Part shown: positions 1-12,700 of the stretch, piece after piece
Layout: every line of letters starts with the position of its first letter
Position numbering within the stretch: position 1 is the first letter of the stretch
NCBI GenBank assembly: GCA_001643675.2
Contig: LSRY02000015.1
Location: forward strand, 558,001-622,000
Reading direction: 5' to 3'
Source: Monocercomonoides exilis PA203
Lineage: Eukaryota > Protista > Preaxostyla
Length of the DNA: 64,000 nucleotides
Notes under the pieces: model-generated
Told to the model about the DNA's origin: nothing
Seen by the model: only the letters and a program-made list of their open reading frames with translations
Databases searched by the model: none
Program-made: the position numbers and the translations under genes

Positions 1-541
1 GTGATAAAATTATTAAATTCTTCTGAAGACGCTGATAAGAAAGATATGTTGCAATGGCTTATTATTTTCGTAAATAAAGTCTGTAAATTGGTGGATGTGC
101 TCTGAATCAGTGTTCTTTCTTTGCTCTCCCTTATGCGATCGATTTTTTGAAGAGCTTTCTTCTCTTTGAAAGAAAATATAATGCGATTTTCTAATAAAAA
201 ACAACGATGATTTCTTATTGCAACGTAACTCCGACGACCACTTGTTCCACATGTTTGATTACCACGAACATTTGGGCATAAATATTGTTTATGATATTCT
301 TTTGTTGGAGAGCCATCAATGTTAGAAGGAAAAAATGAAATCCATATTTGATTATTGATGACCTCTAAAGATATTCTGGTTAAATATTCATTACTTTTCT
401 TTGGGTGCTTGTAAACTTTTCTAATATTATCAAAGCAAAAAAATATTAAAGATTTAGCAACATCACACTTGCTCCTTTTTCATATGATCCCACTTGCTCC
501 AGTTTTAGAAAACAGCATCCGTGATTGTTCAATTCTTCCAT
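1..541 (-). mobile_element. 5' part of a putative hAT-like transposase, running off the window edge
   Basis: Minus frame open from 479 to 1 (absent from the ORF track): ...YLCPNVRGNQTCGTSGRRSYVAIRNHRC (BED-finger-like C/C/H/C)...LFTKIISHCNISFLSASSEEFNNFI (resembles the hAT segment before the DDE domain). A candidate ATG at 541 is in another frame, so an intron or frameshift is needed. Confidence 0.45.
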
Positions 542-691
542 TTTTCTTGCAAAAGCCAGTTTCTGATTAAGCGACACAAAAAATCATGCTTCAATTATCA
601 AAACAAACGAAGCTAGTTATTAAACGCACGAACTATTTGATTATCCACCAAGGCATTCTGAAATTCACTTAAAAGATTTTCACATTCAAAC

Positions 692-1075
692 ATGTTGGGT
701 TTTGACATGAAAATTTTTCAAAGTCAAAAAAAGATCGACCAGTCTGTGACTTGGGCAATTTTCAAAAAAAAACTGATCCGGTCAAAACCCATAAACGGAT
801 GCTTTTTTTCTAAAAAAGTTTTTTCAGATTATTATATATTCAATAAGAATTTTTTTTTTCTTTTAATCTTGATTTTTTTTTTCATTTTGAAATTATAAAG
901 TGCATGAAAAATGAACTGTTAAACTTATGTATTATTTAAATAAAATTTAACTGTTTTTTGACTTCAATCATTTTTAAAGTCAGTCAATAACAAATTTTCC
1001 AAAGTCAAAAGTCTGAAGTCACCCAGGCTTACCCTAAACCCAATATTTGTTTTGCTAACCCTAGAACCTAAACCA
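692..1075. repeat. Clustered short direct and inverted motifs (GTCAAAA), possible transposon subterminal region
   Basis: GGGTTTTGAC (697) and GTCAAAACCC (781) are inverted copies; CAAAGTCAAAA occurs at ~719 and ~1000; degenerate CCCTAA-like motifs at 1031-1075. Lies upstream of the hAT-like frame. Confidence 0.35.
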
Positions 1076-2316
1076 ATCTATTAATGTGGAGATTTTTTAT
1101 GATTATTACCTAAATTATTAAAAAAATACTGGGTCAGATCAAAATGTTTTATTTAAAAAAAAGAAATTTTGATGATTGATGATCTCAAATTTTTATTAAT
1201 TAATAAATGATTCTTATACTATTTTATGTCCGTTTATAATAAAAAATTTGAAAAATTCGTGTTCCCCTATAATCTCCTTTTACCAAAGAAAGAAAGGGGA
1301 AAAAAAATAGAAAAGGAAAAAGATAAAAAAAGATAAAATAAAAAAAATAAAAAATAAAAAATAAAAAATAAAATAGAAAAGAAAATAAAATAGAAAAGAA
1401 AAAAGAAAAAGAAAAAGAAAATGAGAAATTTTTTCGTGAAACTCTGAATGGAACAAAATTCATCGAGCAAAATATGCAGTCCCAACAGAATTCTTGAGCT
1501 TTTTCAAATTTCTATTCCTATTCAAGATATTGTCCAAAAATTGAAATGCTGACACAAACAAATTATTTTGTTCATTTTTGTGAAAGTTCGTCAGTGGGAA
1601 TGAAAATAAGAAAATCATTTGAGAATTTTTGAATGCTGAAAACGAAGTTAAAGCGTTGATTCAAAAAAATAAAAATCAAAATCAAAATATAAATTATGAA
1701 TTATAAATCTATTTGAAATAAAGAAAAGAACCCATGTGAAAAAAAAACCTTTTTTAAATTTTAATTTTTTGTCAAAAATTGCGGTGTGAAATTAAGTATA
1801 GGAAATTTTAAAATGAACAGAAAAAAGAAATATGTCTATTTGATGAGGCCTTCCTTATTCTTATATATTAATCTTCGGTTTTTTTTGAAATTGATATACA
1901 TTCAACACTCAGAAGATAATTGTTTAGCTAATTGCGTAAAGTCTTGGAATATGTTAAACTCCGAAAATAATTATGATTACAAAAATAATCACACATATAT
2001 AAATTTCTCCATTTGATTTTTTGTCTTTTCAATGTATCTTTCTCGAATTTTTATATTTATGAAATCCAATTTTTGAAGTTGCAATTGTGAATTCTTATGA
2101 ATATGGAAATACATTTCTTCATAATAAATTCATATTTGAAAATCTTCAGCTTACAAAAGATAAAAAAAACGGGTATCAATTGATATTAAATGAAAAAGAT
2201 AAATGTTTTTTATTATAAAAAAATCAGCTTCAATAATAAATCACAAAAAGGAACATGAAATTTGTCCTGAAACTATTTAATAGAATAATGAAAAAAGAAT
2301 TCTCAAACAAACATAT

Positions 2317-2556
2317 GGGTGATTCTTTTTGAAAAGTCGCAAATGTTTAATTATCAAATAAATCAAAATTTTCGTATTTTGTTCAAATCTCTGTTTACAC
2401 ACATCAAACTTCACCAAAGTGGAGGATATAATTTAAAAATGCTATTTAACACATTTTTGTGAAGTTACATAAGTGGGAACCGAAATTTGATCAAGATATG
2501 AAATTTTAGATATATTTGAAAATTAAACATTCGTGACTTTTCAAAAAGAATCACCC
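2317..2556. mobile_element. MITE, 240 bp, with ~85-bp imperfect terminal inverted repeats
   Basis: GGGTGATTCTTTTTGAAAAGTCGCAAATGTTTAATT... is inverted relative to ...AATTAAACATTCGTGACTTTTCAAAAAGAATCACCC. ATAT flanks both ends (2313-2316, 2557-2560). Confidence 0.85.
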
Positions 2557-3789
2557 ATATATTTATGGGAAAAAAAAACAGGAATAAAATACAATAGATT
2601 TCATTCGAACAAAAATTATTCTTGATTATTTTTACTGCTGTCTTTTGCACAATCATCATCTTTATGAAAAATGGGATTAGACCGTTTTAATAATTTGATT
2701 CTTTATCATGAAATAAAAATGTTCTCGAATGAATTTTTTTTGAAAAATAAAACTGTCTTCTGAGTGTTGATAACATCAGGGCTTATGCATAAAAATGGTA
2801 ATTTTTTTATGTGAAACGAATGTTAAATTGAGAAAAAAGAAAATACCAGAAGTGGATTATTCACAAAATTATCTGCAAATTACGTTGTAACTTTTCGATT
2901 TTTATCAACAAATATGCCATTCCTTCTTTTTTTTTTTAAAGTTTTCAAAGAAAAAAGCAATATCACAAAATGCACACATTTTCGCTAAATATGGAAACAG
3001 TTTAAAAGAAAAATTGCATGCAAAATTATAACATTGAAGTGTTATTGAATCCGTTTGAAAAGCACAAAACATATGAGTTGTTATTTTTGAAATCATATTT
3101 TTTCACACAAAATTTTCGGGTAAGAAAATGATATTGAATATTAAATTAAAAAAAAAATGAAAAGTGAAAAGGATTATTGAATACATTTTAATCTTTGATT
3201 CCAAAAAACCATTTGTTTTTAAAAACAATTATCATACTTTTTCACTTTTGAATTAAAATTTTCTTTTGTTAAACTGACAATCTTTGACAACAGACACCCC
3301 GAAAAAAGTTATGGTTTAAAGAATATTCACCCACATATCAATCAGTTTAATAACTATTATTCAACAAATAAAATATGGTAACAAAAATTTTCACATTTTT
3401 ATATAATTTAATAGAAATTTAGTGAAATGGAAAAAATATAAAAAAAAAAAATAACAATGAGATAATAAATTTATTTCTTTCTCATGAATTTTAATTAACA
3501 TTCCATTTGTTTACTGAAAAAATGAACATAGGTATAATCTTTTTGTCTTTTTTCAAATAACATTGGAACTGTTCTTTGCAAAAATTACAAGGAAATATGC
3601 AGTTAACATCAACAAATTGCACGATCTGTTTATTTTATTGAAATTTGTCAACATTATTAAATTTTAAACCTGGTTTTATTGAATAACAAAAACATTATCA
3701 TTTTTTAACCATTATATTTTATATTGCCAAGAAGGTGTACGATTCTTTTGTTTTTGGCTGTTCGATGCCACCTCGAATGAACTTAATAA

Positions 3790-6700
3790 ATGGGCAACGT
3801 CTTTAAAAAATATAATGCAATGCATGCACCCAAGCAACCGCTCTCCTCTGAATCACCGTGTTCAAATGATTCTACTGAGGCTATTTCCTCTCTGCACAAT
3901 AATTATCAAGATCAACGGATATACACCACAGAAATAAGTCAGCCTTTGATTCTTCCACCACCTGATTCTCTTCAAGCAGAATTACCGCCTATTGATCCAG
4001 AATTGGCGCTTGCTCCCACAGAATTATTTCACAGTCAACTTTCTTCTAGCCAACGTATTATTTCCGAAGAACCTCCAGAATTTATTAAATTACCAACCTT
4101 TCACCATGCAGACACATGTGGCCATGGAAGTGATAATCAAAATAGCCCAAATAATTTTTCTTTTTCTGAAGGAAACATTGTCAAATTGCCTATCACGACG
4201 CCAAACGGAATGCAATCGACTTATAAAACGAAGCGAACATATAGCGTTGTAACGAGGCATACATCTGATGGAACAATAAAAATAAACCAATATGAACTAA
4301 CACACCAAATAGGTGAAGGAAGATTTGCCTCAGTGTATCAATGCATTGATAAAACAACCGACACAAAATATGTACGCATTTTTTGTTTTGCTAACTTTAC
4401 AAAACATATTTTATTAATATTAATGTTAACATTAATTTTTTTTTATATTGAAAAAATTGTATTCCTTTTCAAGGCCATGAAAATTATTCATCGAGATATC
4501 CAGAAAAAATGGAACGAGAAAAATAGGGCAAACAATTTCAAAACAGAAATCATGGTGATGAAGCGGCTGCAGAAGCATCCATCTTTTCTTCGATTGGTTG
4601 AAGTTATTCAGGCACAGTCTTGCTCAGAAGTGTATCTAATCATGGAGCTTTGCGAAGGAGGGACTGTTATGCAGATAAAAAAGACTCAAAGAGCTGCAAC
4701 AACTCAACCTCATTTGATGGAGATTGCACTGATGATGCAGCATGATCCACTTCAAACTGTTCTGGTGCATAACCCTGAGCATTCCAGCATCTCAACAAAG
4801 AATCAGCATATCGAAAGCCATTCTACATCCAACAGTCAGCCAGATGCTTCTGATTTTCCAGCTGACAATTCCAACAAAGAAACTTCTCATTCAAACACCA
4901 AAGAGGCCCACATCATACACTCCGCCATTTCTCCACAGTCGCCTTATGATTCTGCTATTCCTGTCCTTCCTGCGCTTCCCGTGCCGCTGATCATTCAGCA
5001 CACGCTTTTCGAGCCACTTCCGCTGGAGCTCACAAAATACTATCTGCGCGACCTCTTCCCTGCACTCCACTATATGCACTCCTTGAACATCATCCACCGC
5101 GATATCAAGCCAAACAACATCCTCCTCAAAAGCGAAGGGCGCATCAAGCTCGTCGACTTCGGCTCGGCTTCTGTGCTCTCCCACCCGCACCAGATGCTCC
5201 GCGACACCTCTGGCACCTTCGCCTTCTTCGCACCCGAAATGTGCAGCGGCAAGATGTTCTACGGACAGCCTGTGGATGTCTGGGCAGCAGGAGTCACCGC
5301 CTACATCTTCTGCTTCGGCGTGTTTCCATTCGGCAGCGAGGAAAGCCAAACATCAGATGAATCGCTGTTCCGCGAGATTCAACATGCTCCTTTGACTTTT
5401 CCTGCAACGATGCCAGAGTTGGAGGCACCTTCTGTTTCATCATCATCATCATCTTCTTCTTCCTCATCTTCCTCATCTCCATCAACCTCATCTTCTCCAT
5501 CTGCCTCCTCTTCCTCTTCCTCCTCTTCAGGCGTCTCACTTCTCCTTCGCCATTTCCTCTCTGGCTTGCTTGAAAAGGACCCCGCCAAGCGTATGACAAT
5601 CGCCGAGGCGTGTGTGCACCCGTGGCTTCTCGAAGGCTTCTCTCGTCCCATCCCTCTCTCCTTCTTGGAAGAAAGCAAGTTCCGCGGAGCTGACCTGCAT
5701 CTGGCTGAGCGCATGATGCGGTGGAGAGAGAGAGAAGAGGCGCGCTGGCAGCGGATGATGGCAGTGGAGCCACTGAAACCAGGGAGAGGGTTCCAGTCAG
5801 CAACAGACGCGTATCAGGCGCAGGTTCAGCTGCAGCAGCAGGCGCTGCAGAACTCATTTGTGAGCGCTGAGCACATTCAACTTCTGCAGCAGCAGGCACA
5901 GTTTGTGGTCACACAGTCACCTTTCCCAACAGAGTTGTCTGAGAACGAGCAGATCGCACTGTTTGAGGAGTGGCGTGTGGAGTACAGGAAGGAGCTGGCT
6001 GAGGAGAAGAAGGAGGCGCTGCAGGTGCTGAAGTCGTCTGCACTTATGCCATCGCAGGCGCATTTATCGAGAATGCCGAAGAAACAGAAAGGGAGGCATG
6101 TGCCGGGGGAAGAAAGATATCCACAATTGCACTCAGCCTGCCACACATCAGAGACGGAGTCTGCAACAACACCCACAACCACCACCTCAGCTGCTGTGCA
6201 GGCACATCATGTGTACTCGTCCCATTCACAGACACGCTCTCAATCACACTCACAGTCCCAGTCTCATTCCAATTCCCACTCACATTCATATTCACTGGTA
6301 CAAGCACAGAGTCAGTCTCAATCTCAGTCACAGACACAGGCGAGCTCTCAATCAGGGCACCAGCTGATGTTCCTGCACCGCCGGCTGAATGCAGCCCACC
6401 CACCGCGCAGCACAAGCAGAGGAGCAAGTGTGTTTGCCTCTCGCCACTCGGCATTCCACTCCTATTCGCGCCACACAGGGGAGAATCATCCATCGCAGAG
6501 GAGAACACACTCACCGCGGCTGGTGCAGCCGAGCATTGCAGGGCAGTTCCAGCGCATCATCCGCCCGCTCACACGAAGAACTCCTATTCTGCAGGGCATC
6601 CGCAGGCACCTCAGAGCAAACGACGAAGACACGACGATCATCACACTCTCCACAGACGAAGGGGAAGGAGTGGACAGAAACGAGTATGAATATGAGGACG

Positions 6701-9700
6701 GAGAGGCAGCGCAACATGGAGGAGAGCAGAGGCATCTGAAGCACCACCGCCGGGTGGGCCATTCATTGGCTGCTCATTCTGCTCACACAGCACATACAGC
6801 ACATACAGCACATTCATCTCAATCTGTTAATACAGTTCATTCAAAACATTCAGTTCATTCAGTTCATACTGTCCACTCATCCAATTCAGCTGCATCCACA
6901 CAGTCTATTCAATCATCCCAATCAATACAATCGTCCCTATCCACAGGTTATCAGGCAAATGCCCCTGTGCAGACCACACAGATCCCCTTTGTGATGTCCA
7001 TTCCCTCTGCCCCTTCTGTGATGGAACTTGCCCACGTCCCTCAGATCTCTCCAGACAGCTCGCCAAATGTGGCTATGCAGATACGCGATGCTATCACCTC
7101 GTCGCAGCTCTTCTCCTCTTTCAACTCGCAGCCTTTCTCTACTTCCTCCTCGTTCTATTCCTGTTCATCATCATCTTCCTCCTCTTCCTCTTCTTCTTCT
7201 TCCGCTCCTTCTTCCTCCGCTTGCTCCCTCCTCAATTCAACTGTGACATCCACTGCTTCGTTTCCTTGTTCCTCAAACATCACCCTCTCTTCTGCCTCAA
7301 GCGACCAGCCCACACCCGAACACATCAATCAGATGAGCACAGCAAACACACAGGAATATCAGGAGACGCAAATCGTGCCATATGCACGGAAACAGTACTC
7401 AACTGGCTCGTTCTATCAGTCAGCAATGTCTTCTGGTTCTATTTCTTCTTCTTCTTCTTCTTCTTCTGCTTCATCATCATCGTCTTCTTCTTCGTCTATC
7501 ACAACAGAGATTCAGATGCTGCCAACTGCTCAATGTTTGCCTGATCCTTCCACACTTACACTTTCAGATGTTGATATTCCATTGTTTTATCCTTCTGCAT
7601 CTTCCTCTTCTTCCTCTTCTTCCTCTTCTTCCTCTTCTTCCTCTTCTTCCTCTTCTTCCTCTTCTTCCTCTTCTTCCTCTTCTTCCTCTTCTTCCTCTTC
7701 TTCCTCTTCTTCCTCTTCTTCCTCTTCTTCCTCTTCTTCCTCTTCTTCCTCTTCTTCCTCTTCTTCCTCTTCTTCCTCTTCTTCCTCTTCTTCCTCTTCT
7801 TCCTCTTCTTCCTCTTCTTCCTCTTCTTCCTCTTCTTCCTCTTCTTCCTCTTCTTCCTCTTCTTCCTCTTCTTCCTCTTCTTCCTCTTCTTCCTCTTCCT
7901 CCTCCTCTTCTTCATCATCATCCTTATCTCCATCCAATGAACGTGAGCTGACCTTGTCACCTATTCCTGATTCCACTGAAAGCTACATCATCCATTCCTC
8001 TTCATCTCATCTGTCTCCTTATTACAATCACAGCCATAGTCACAATCAGCACCAACAGCAGCACCAACATCAACATCTCAACTATAACCATCACCATCAT
8101 CATCATAACCACTTCTCTTCAAGAGAGAGAGAAAGGGAAAGAGAAATAATAGCAGATGATTTCATTTATCGCACTGAATGCGAAGAAGGAGAGACAGACA
8201 GTGACACGCTCAGCCACTCACACAACAGCTGCTCCCTCCACAGCCATTCTGCAGTGAACACAAACACTCATTCAAATGCCAATGCAAATGTAAATGTGAA
8301 TTCCAATTCAATAGGAAATGCTAATGTTTCTTCTCTTTCTCCCAAAATAACTCAATGCTCTTCATCAAACTCCGTCTCCTCTTCCCATTCACAATCCTCT
8401 TCTCATTCTCACAAACACAATATTCTCTCCTCACAAATGTTTGATTCGTCTCCATACACCCTCACCATCAGCACCTCTCCTCCTCTTTCCCCGACCGGCC
8501 AGCCAACAATACACTCCCCCATTCTTCACATCCAACCTATCCCTTCGATTCCTCCTCCTTCTTCTATTCCTCCACTTCCTTCTATCCCATCTATTCCACC
8601 GCTTCCTCCTGCTTCTTCCATTCCTCCTGCTCCTCCTGTTCCGCACATGTCAACCGACCTCTCCAGCGATGAAGGGAACGAATATGTCAAAATGCAACAA
8701 GAAGAAAGCAGCAGCGGAAGACTTTATGAGTTTGATACACAATCAGCTTATCAGAACTCATCGAGTGATTCATTGGCTGTTTTTGAAGGGAGTGAGAACA
8801 GAAATGAGACAGTTTCTAGACTGAAGAGAAGAAGAGACAGAAATAAGGAGAAAGAGAGGAGAAGGAGAAAAGTAGTGAAGAAGAACAAAGTCGAAAAGCA
8901 TGTGCCAAAGTTCATTACTCCCTTTGAGGAGAACAAAGAACTAATTAATCAACAGCATGTGATTGAGCCGTTTCAACCGCTGCCTTCGTTGGATGACCCA
9001 CTTTTCACTCCTCTCATCAACAGAGTCACATCTGCAACGGAGCTGCTGTATGAACAGGAGATGGCAGAGAAGGAGAGAGAGAAAGAGAGAGAAAGGGAGA
9101 AGGAGAAGCAAAAAGAGGCAGAAGATGGAAGAAACAGAATAGAAGATGTTATTGTTGATAGCAAAGATGAGAAGAAGGAGAATGAGGAGAACGGGGTTTC
9201 TTCAAATACAATTGAAGATTCCACTTGTTGGGATGCGTTGCATGCACAACAACCAACCTCTCCTAATTCATCATCATCATCATCATCTTCTTCTACTTCT
9301 CTTCCTCCTCCTCTGTCTCCTTCTTCCTCTTCCTCTGAAACTGCAAATAACAATCTTCAAATCAATACAATTTCTTCATCTGAAGGGAAAACTCAAGAAG
9401 AGTCATTGACAGAAGGCCAAACAGAACAGCAGTCCAAAGACAAAGAAACAGAAACAGAAAAATCAGACAAAAGCGAACAAACCACAGAAAAACAAGAAAA
9501 CTCTGAAAAACCAAAGGAATCAAAAGAAGGATCAAAAGAACAAACAGAGGAGGATGAGGAAGAAGAAGAGATAGACAAGCCACTTGCAGTGTATTATCAA
9601 TCATTCCCGCCTTCAGATTCGATTGTGATGGAAGCGAAAGGAGAAGTGGAGATGATGCAAAAACAGGCAGATATCCTCATCTTCCGCTCGGCCATGCACC

Positions 9701-12700
9701 ACATTGCACAGAACGACAATTCCATTCAAAGAAGAGATTATCACTCAAAAAGCAGAAACAGAAACAGAAATGAGAGAGGAAATAAGAAGAGAATTAGAAG
9801 AGGAAGAAGAAGGAGAAATACGAATGAGGAAGAGGAAGAGGAAGAAGAGGAAGAGGAAGAGATATTGGAAGAAGAAGAAGAAGAAGAGGAAGACGATGAA
9901 GAAGAAGAGGCAATAAGTGAATCAGATATCTCAAGTGGCAGATGTGTTGACAGCCGCAATTATCAATCAGAGAGAAAGAAAGGCTCATACCACACAACCT
10001 CAGCCACCTCTTCAATGCAAGAAATATTTCACGAGAATGAAGAGATAGGCACTTGTTCAATGGAAGAGAATGAAATCAACCAGAAACAGAAAGATAAACA
10101 AAGTGCACACAGCTTCATCAGCTCAGGGGAAGTGTTTGAAGGAGAGCAAATGCAGCAGATGATTGGAGTACCAACTGAAGAAGTGTCACGTGAAGCATCT
10201 TCTTTCGAAGCATATGAGCCATTCGAAGAAAGAGAAATGTTTCTGGAGCCGAAAGAACGCAATATGCAACCAGAACACTCGGCAGATGATTATATTACAC
10301 CTTCTTCTTCATACAGCTCCCTTCCATTGCTGACAGACACTGCTGAGTCAATCTCCCCTCCTTTCGCTGGATATGAACAATCTCCTCCTCATTCCCCATT
10401 GATGAATGGGACACAGGCTGTTGAATGTGTTCCTTGTTCTCTTTCAAGTCGGTCATCGTCTGTCTCTTCGAGAGGGAGCATGCAGTCACACAGAAGAAGA
10501 GATTACTCACACAGCAGAAGAAGAGCACATGGCAGTCAGCAAAGGCATAAGCGCATGCACAACAATCGTAATCATCGCATACACAATCACAATCACAATC
10601 TCAATGGCCATCATCATCATGAAGCTGACACAGACTCATCTGAAAGCAGCCAAAGAAGTGAGCACAACTCCAACATCAGCAGCAGCACTCGTTCTAGTTC
10701 TGAGGAATCCTCTGATTTCCTTCTTACTCCCACTCCCACGCAATCCCCAACCCCAACACAAACACCAATCTCTTCTCCATCTCCATCTCCTTCTCCTGGC
10801 CCATCCCCTGCCTCTCCTTCATCTCGCACGCCTTCTCCTCTTCCACACTCACCCAACGGATTGCCAATGGAACCACCGCGCCCTTCAAACACAGCCGAGT
10901 TCGACAGAAGCGGCATCACCACTGTTCATAATGAGCATTTGCTGGACGAAGGGATTGTGGACTGTGTGAGTGAGTTCGATGAAACATTACAGTCACAACG
11001 AGAAGGTTCATCTTCTGTTGAGACTGATGGAATGATTAGACAACTGCCCTTCCAGCAGACAGATGCAGCTGTGAGGGATGCAGAGGCGAGAGAGAGAGCA
11101 CAGGCGCTGATGATGGCACTGATCAGAAGCCGAAACTTGTATACGAATCACGCACAATTGCAACAACATGGCGGAGAGGCAGGGGAGGCAGCAATGATGG
11201 GGAATATGAACCAGAATCACATCGATCTGGCGAACAACACAGAAGAGAGATTGCAGGCAGCACCTTTACCGCTTGTGCAGCAGACAGATCCAGATGAGGT
11301 TGTACCACAGCTGCCTATCCCTCATCTTCCACATAATTCTCATATATCCCAAGGGAATGAAGAAAGCATCGCATCAGACGGGAATCTGAATCCACTGCCT
11401 GTGCTACCATTCCACTTCAACGGAGAAGGCCAGCCATTCCAGCAGTACCCCTTTGACGAAAGAGATCTGCGCACCGTTAGCCGCTTCTCCGGCCTTACAT
11501 CCACACAATGCAGAAACCTCTTCTCTTATCGCACAGTTGTCCCGTCTTCACTCGGCACATCATCTGCCCTTATCACAGAGAACGAGGCATCCACTCCACA
11601 TCCACACGCTCCGCTGCTATCAGCCACTCATTCCACTCCACACAACACCCACATGCTCAGCCAACAGGCAGCACACATCGGCAAAAGCGAGTCGAGGGAG
11701 AACGTCACACTGGCACATACTGTTTCCTCTCAATACTTCCCTCTCCTTCTCATGCAGAACATGTCACCCAGTGCAGGTTTGTTCACTAATCACAACCCAA
11801 CCGCCTCTTCCCCATCACAAGCACACAACTTCTCAGTTGCAGGCTCTCCTTCCTGTCTTCCATACACCCTCAGAGAACTCGAAACAGCCAGACTGACACC
11901 TCATTCGCTTCAACATTCACAGCAAGTGTCTTATTCACAGTCACACTCACAATCACACCCTCACTCACACTCTCATCCACACGATGCGCTCGTTGGTGAG
12001 TCATTCACAGAAACAGACAGCGAAGAGATGAAGATGGCAGAGGAGAAGCTCTCCTCTCACCATTCGCTCTCGTCTGTCGGCTCTTCTTCAGCCTCTTCTT
12101 CATTCAACGTCCCTCCTTCGCACTCACCTGCTGCCTCACCTTCCACTTTTTCTTTGCTCTCTCAGCCGTATTCTACTGCTGCCATGGCATCATCTCCAAA
12201 CCCCACGTCTGTTTCTATTGTGACTTCTTCTTCCTCTTCTTCTTCTCCCTCGTCCTCTGCCAAATCTTCCAACATTCTCTTCATTCCACAAGGGCTTTGT
12301 CCTGCTGCTCCTTCTTATTCTGCTCACTTCCGCTCTTCTTTCTCCAGTCAAAGAAGTCCTCATTCCTCTCCCTTTGCGTTCGCTTCCTCGTCTTCTTCAT
12401 ACATTTCATCTCCATTTTCATCATCCACTTCATCCTCTTTCACAACATCAACAACAACTAACTTGCCTTCCAATGCTAATTCCAATTCAATTCCTTCCTC
12501 ATCTTCCTCCTTTTCTTCTTCCTCTCCTGCTCCTCCTCTTCTGCCTTCCTCACATCACATGCTTTCTTCTTCTCCTCCCCTTTCATTCATCACTTACTCC
12601 AATTCACCCAACGGAGCTGCATCTGTTTCGCCTGCTCCTTCTGTCTCTCCATCCCCTTCTTCTTTTTCCTCTCACGCTGTCTTCATCACCCCTCGCTCGC

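Noticed and set aside
1031-1075. Telomere-like CCCTAA motifs
   Set aside because: Only three or four degenerate, non-tandem units; not a telomeric array.
7382-7976. Overlapping poly-LLP, poly-RKK and poly-E ORFs
   Set aside because: Alternative-frame and antisense readings of the poly-Ser repeat.
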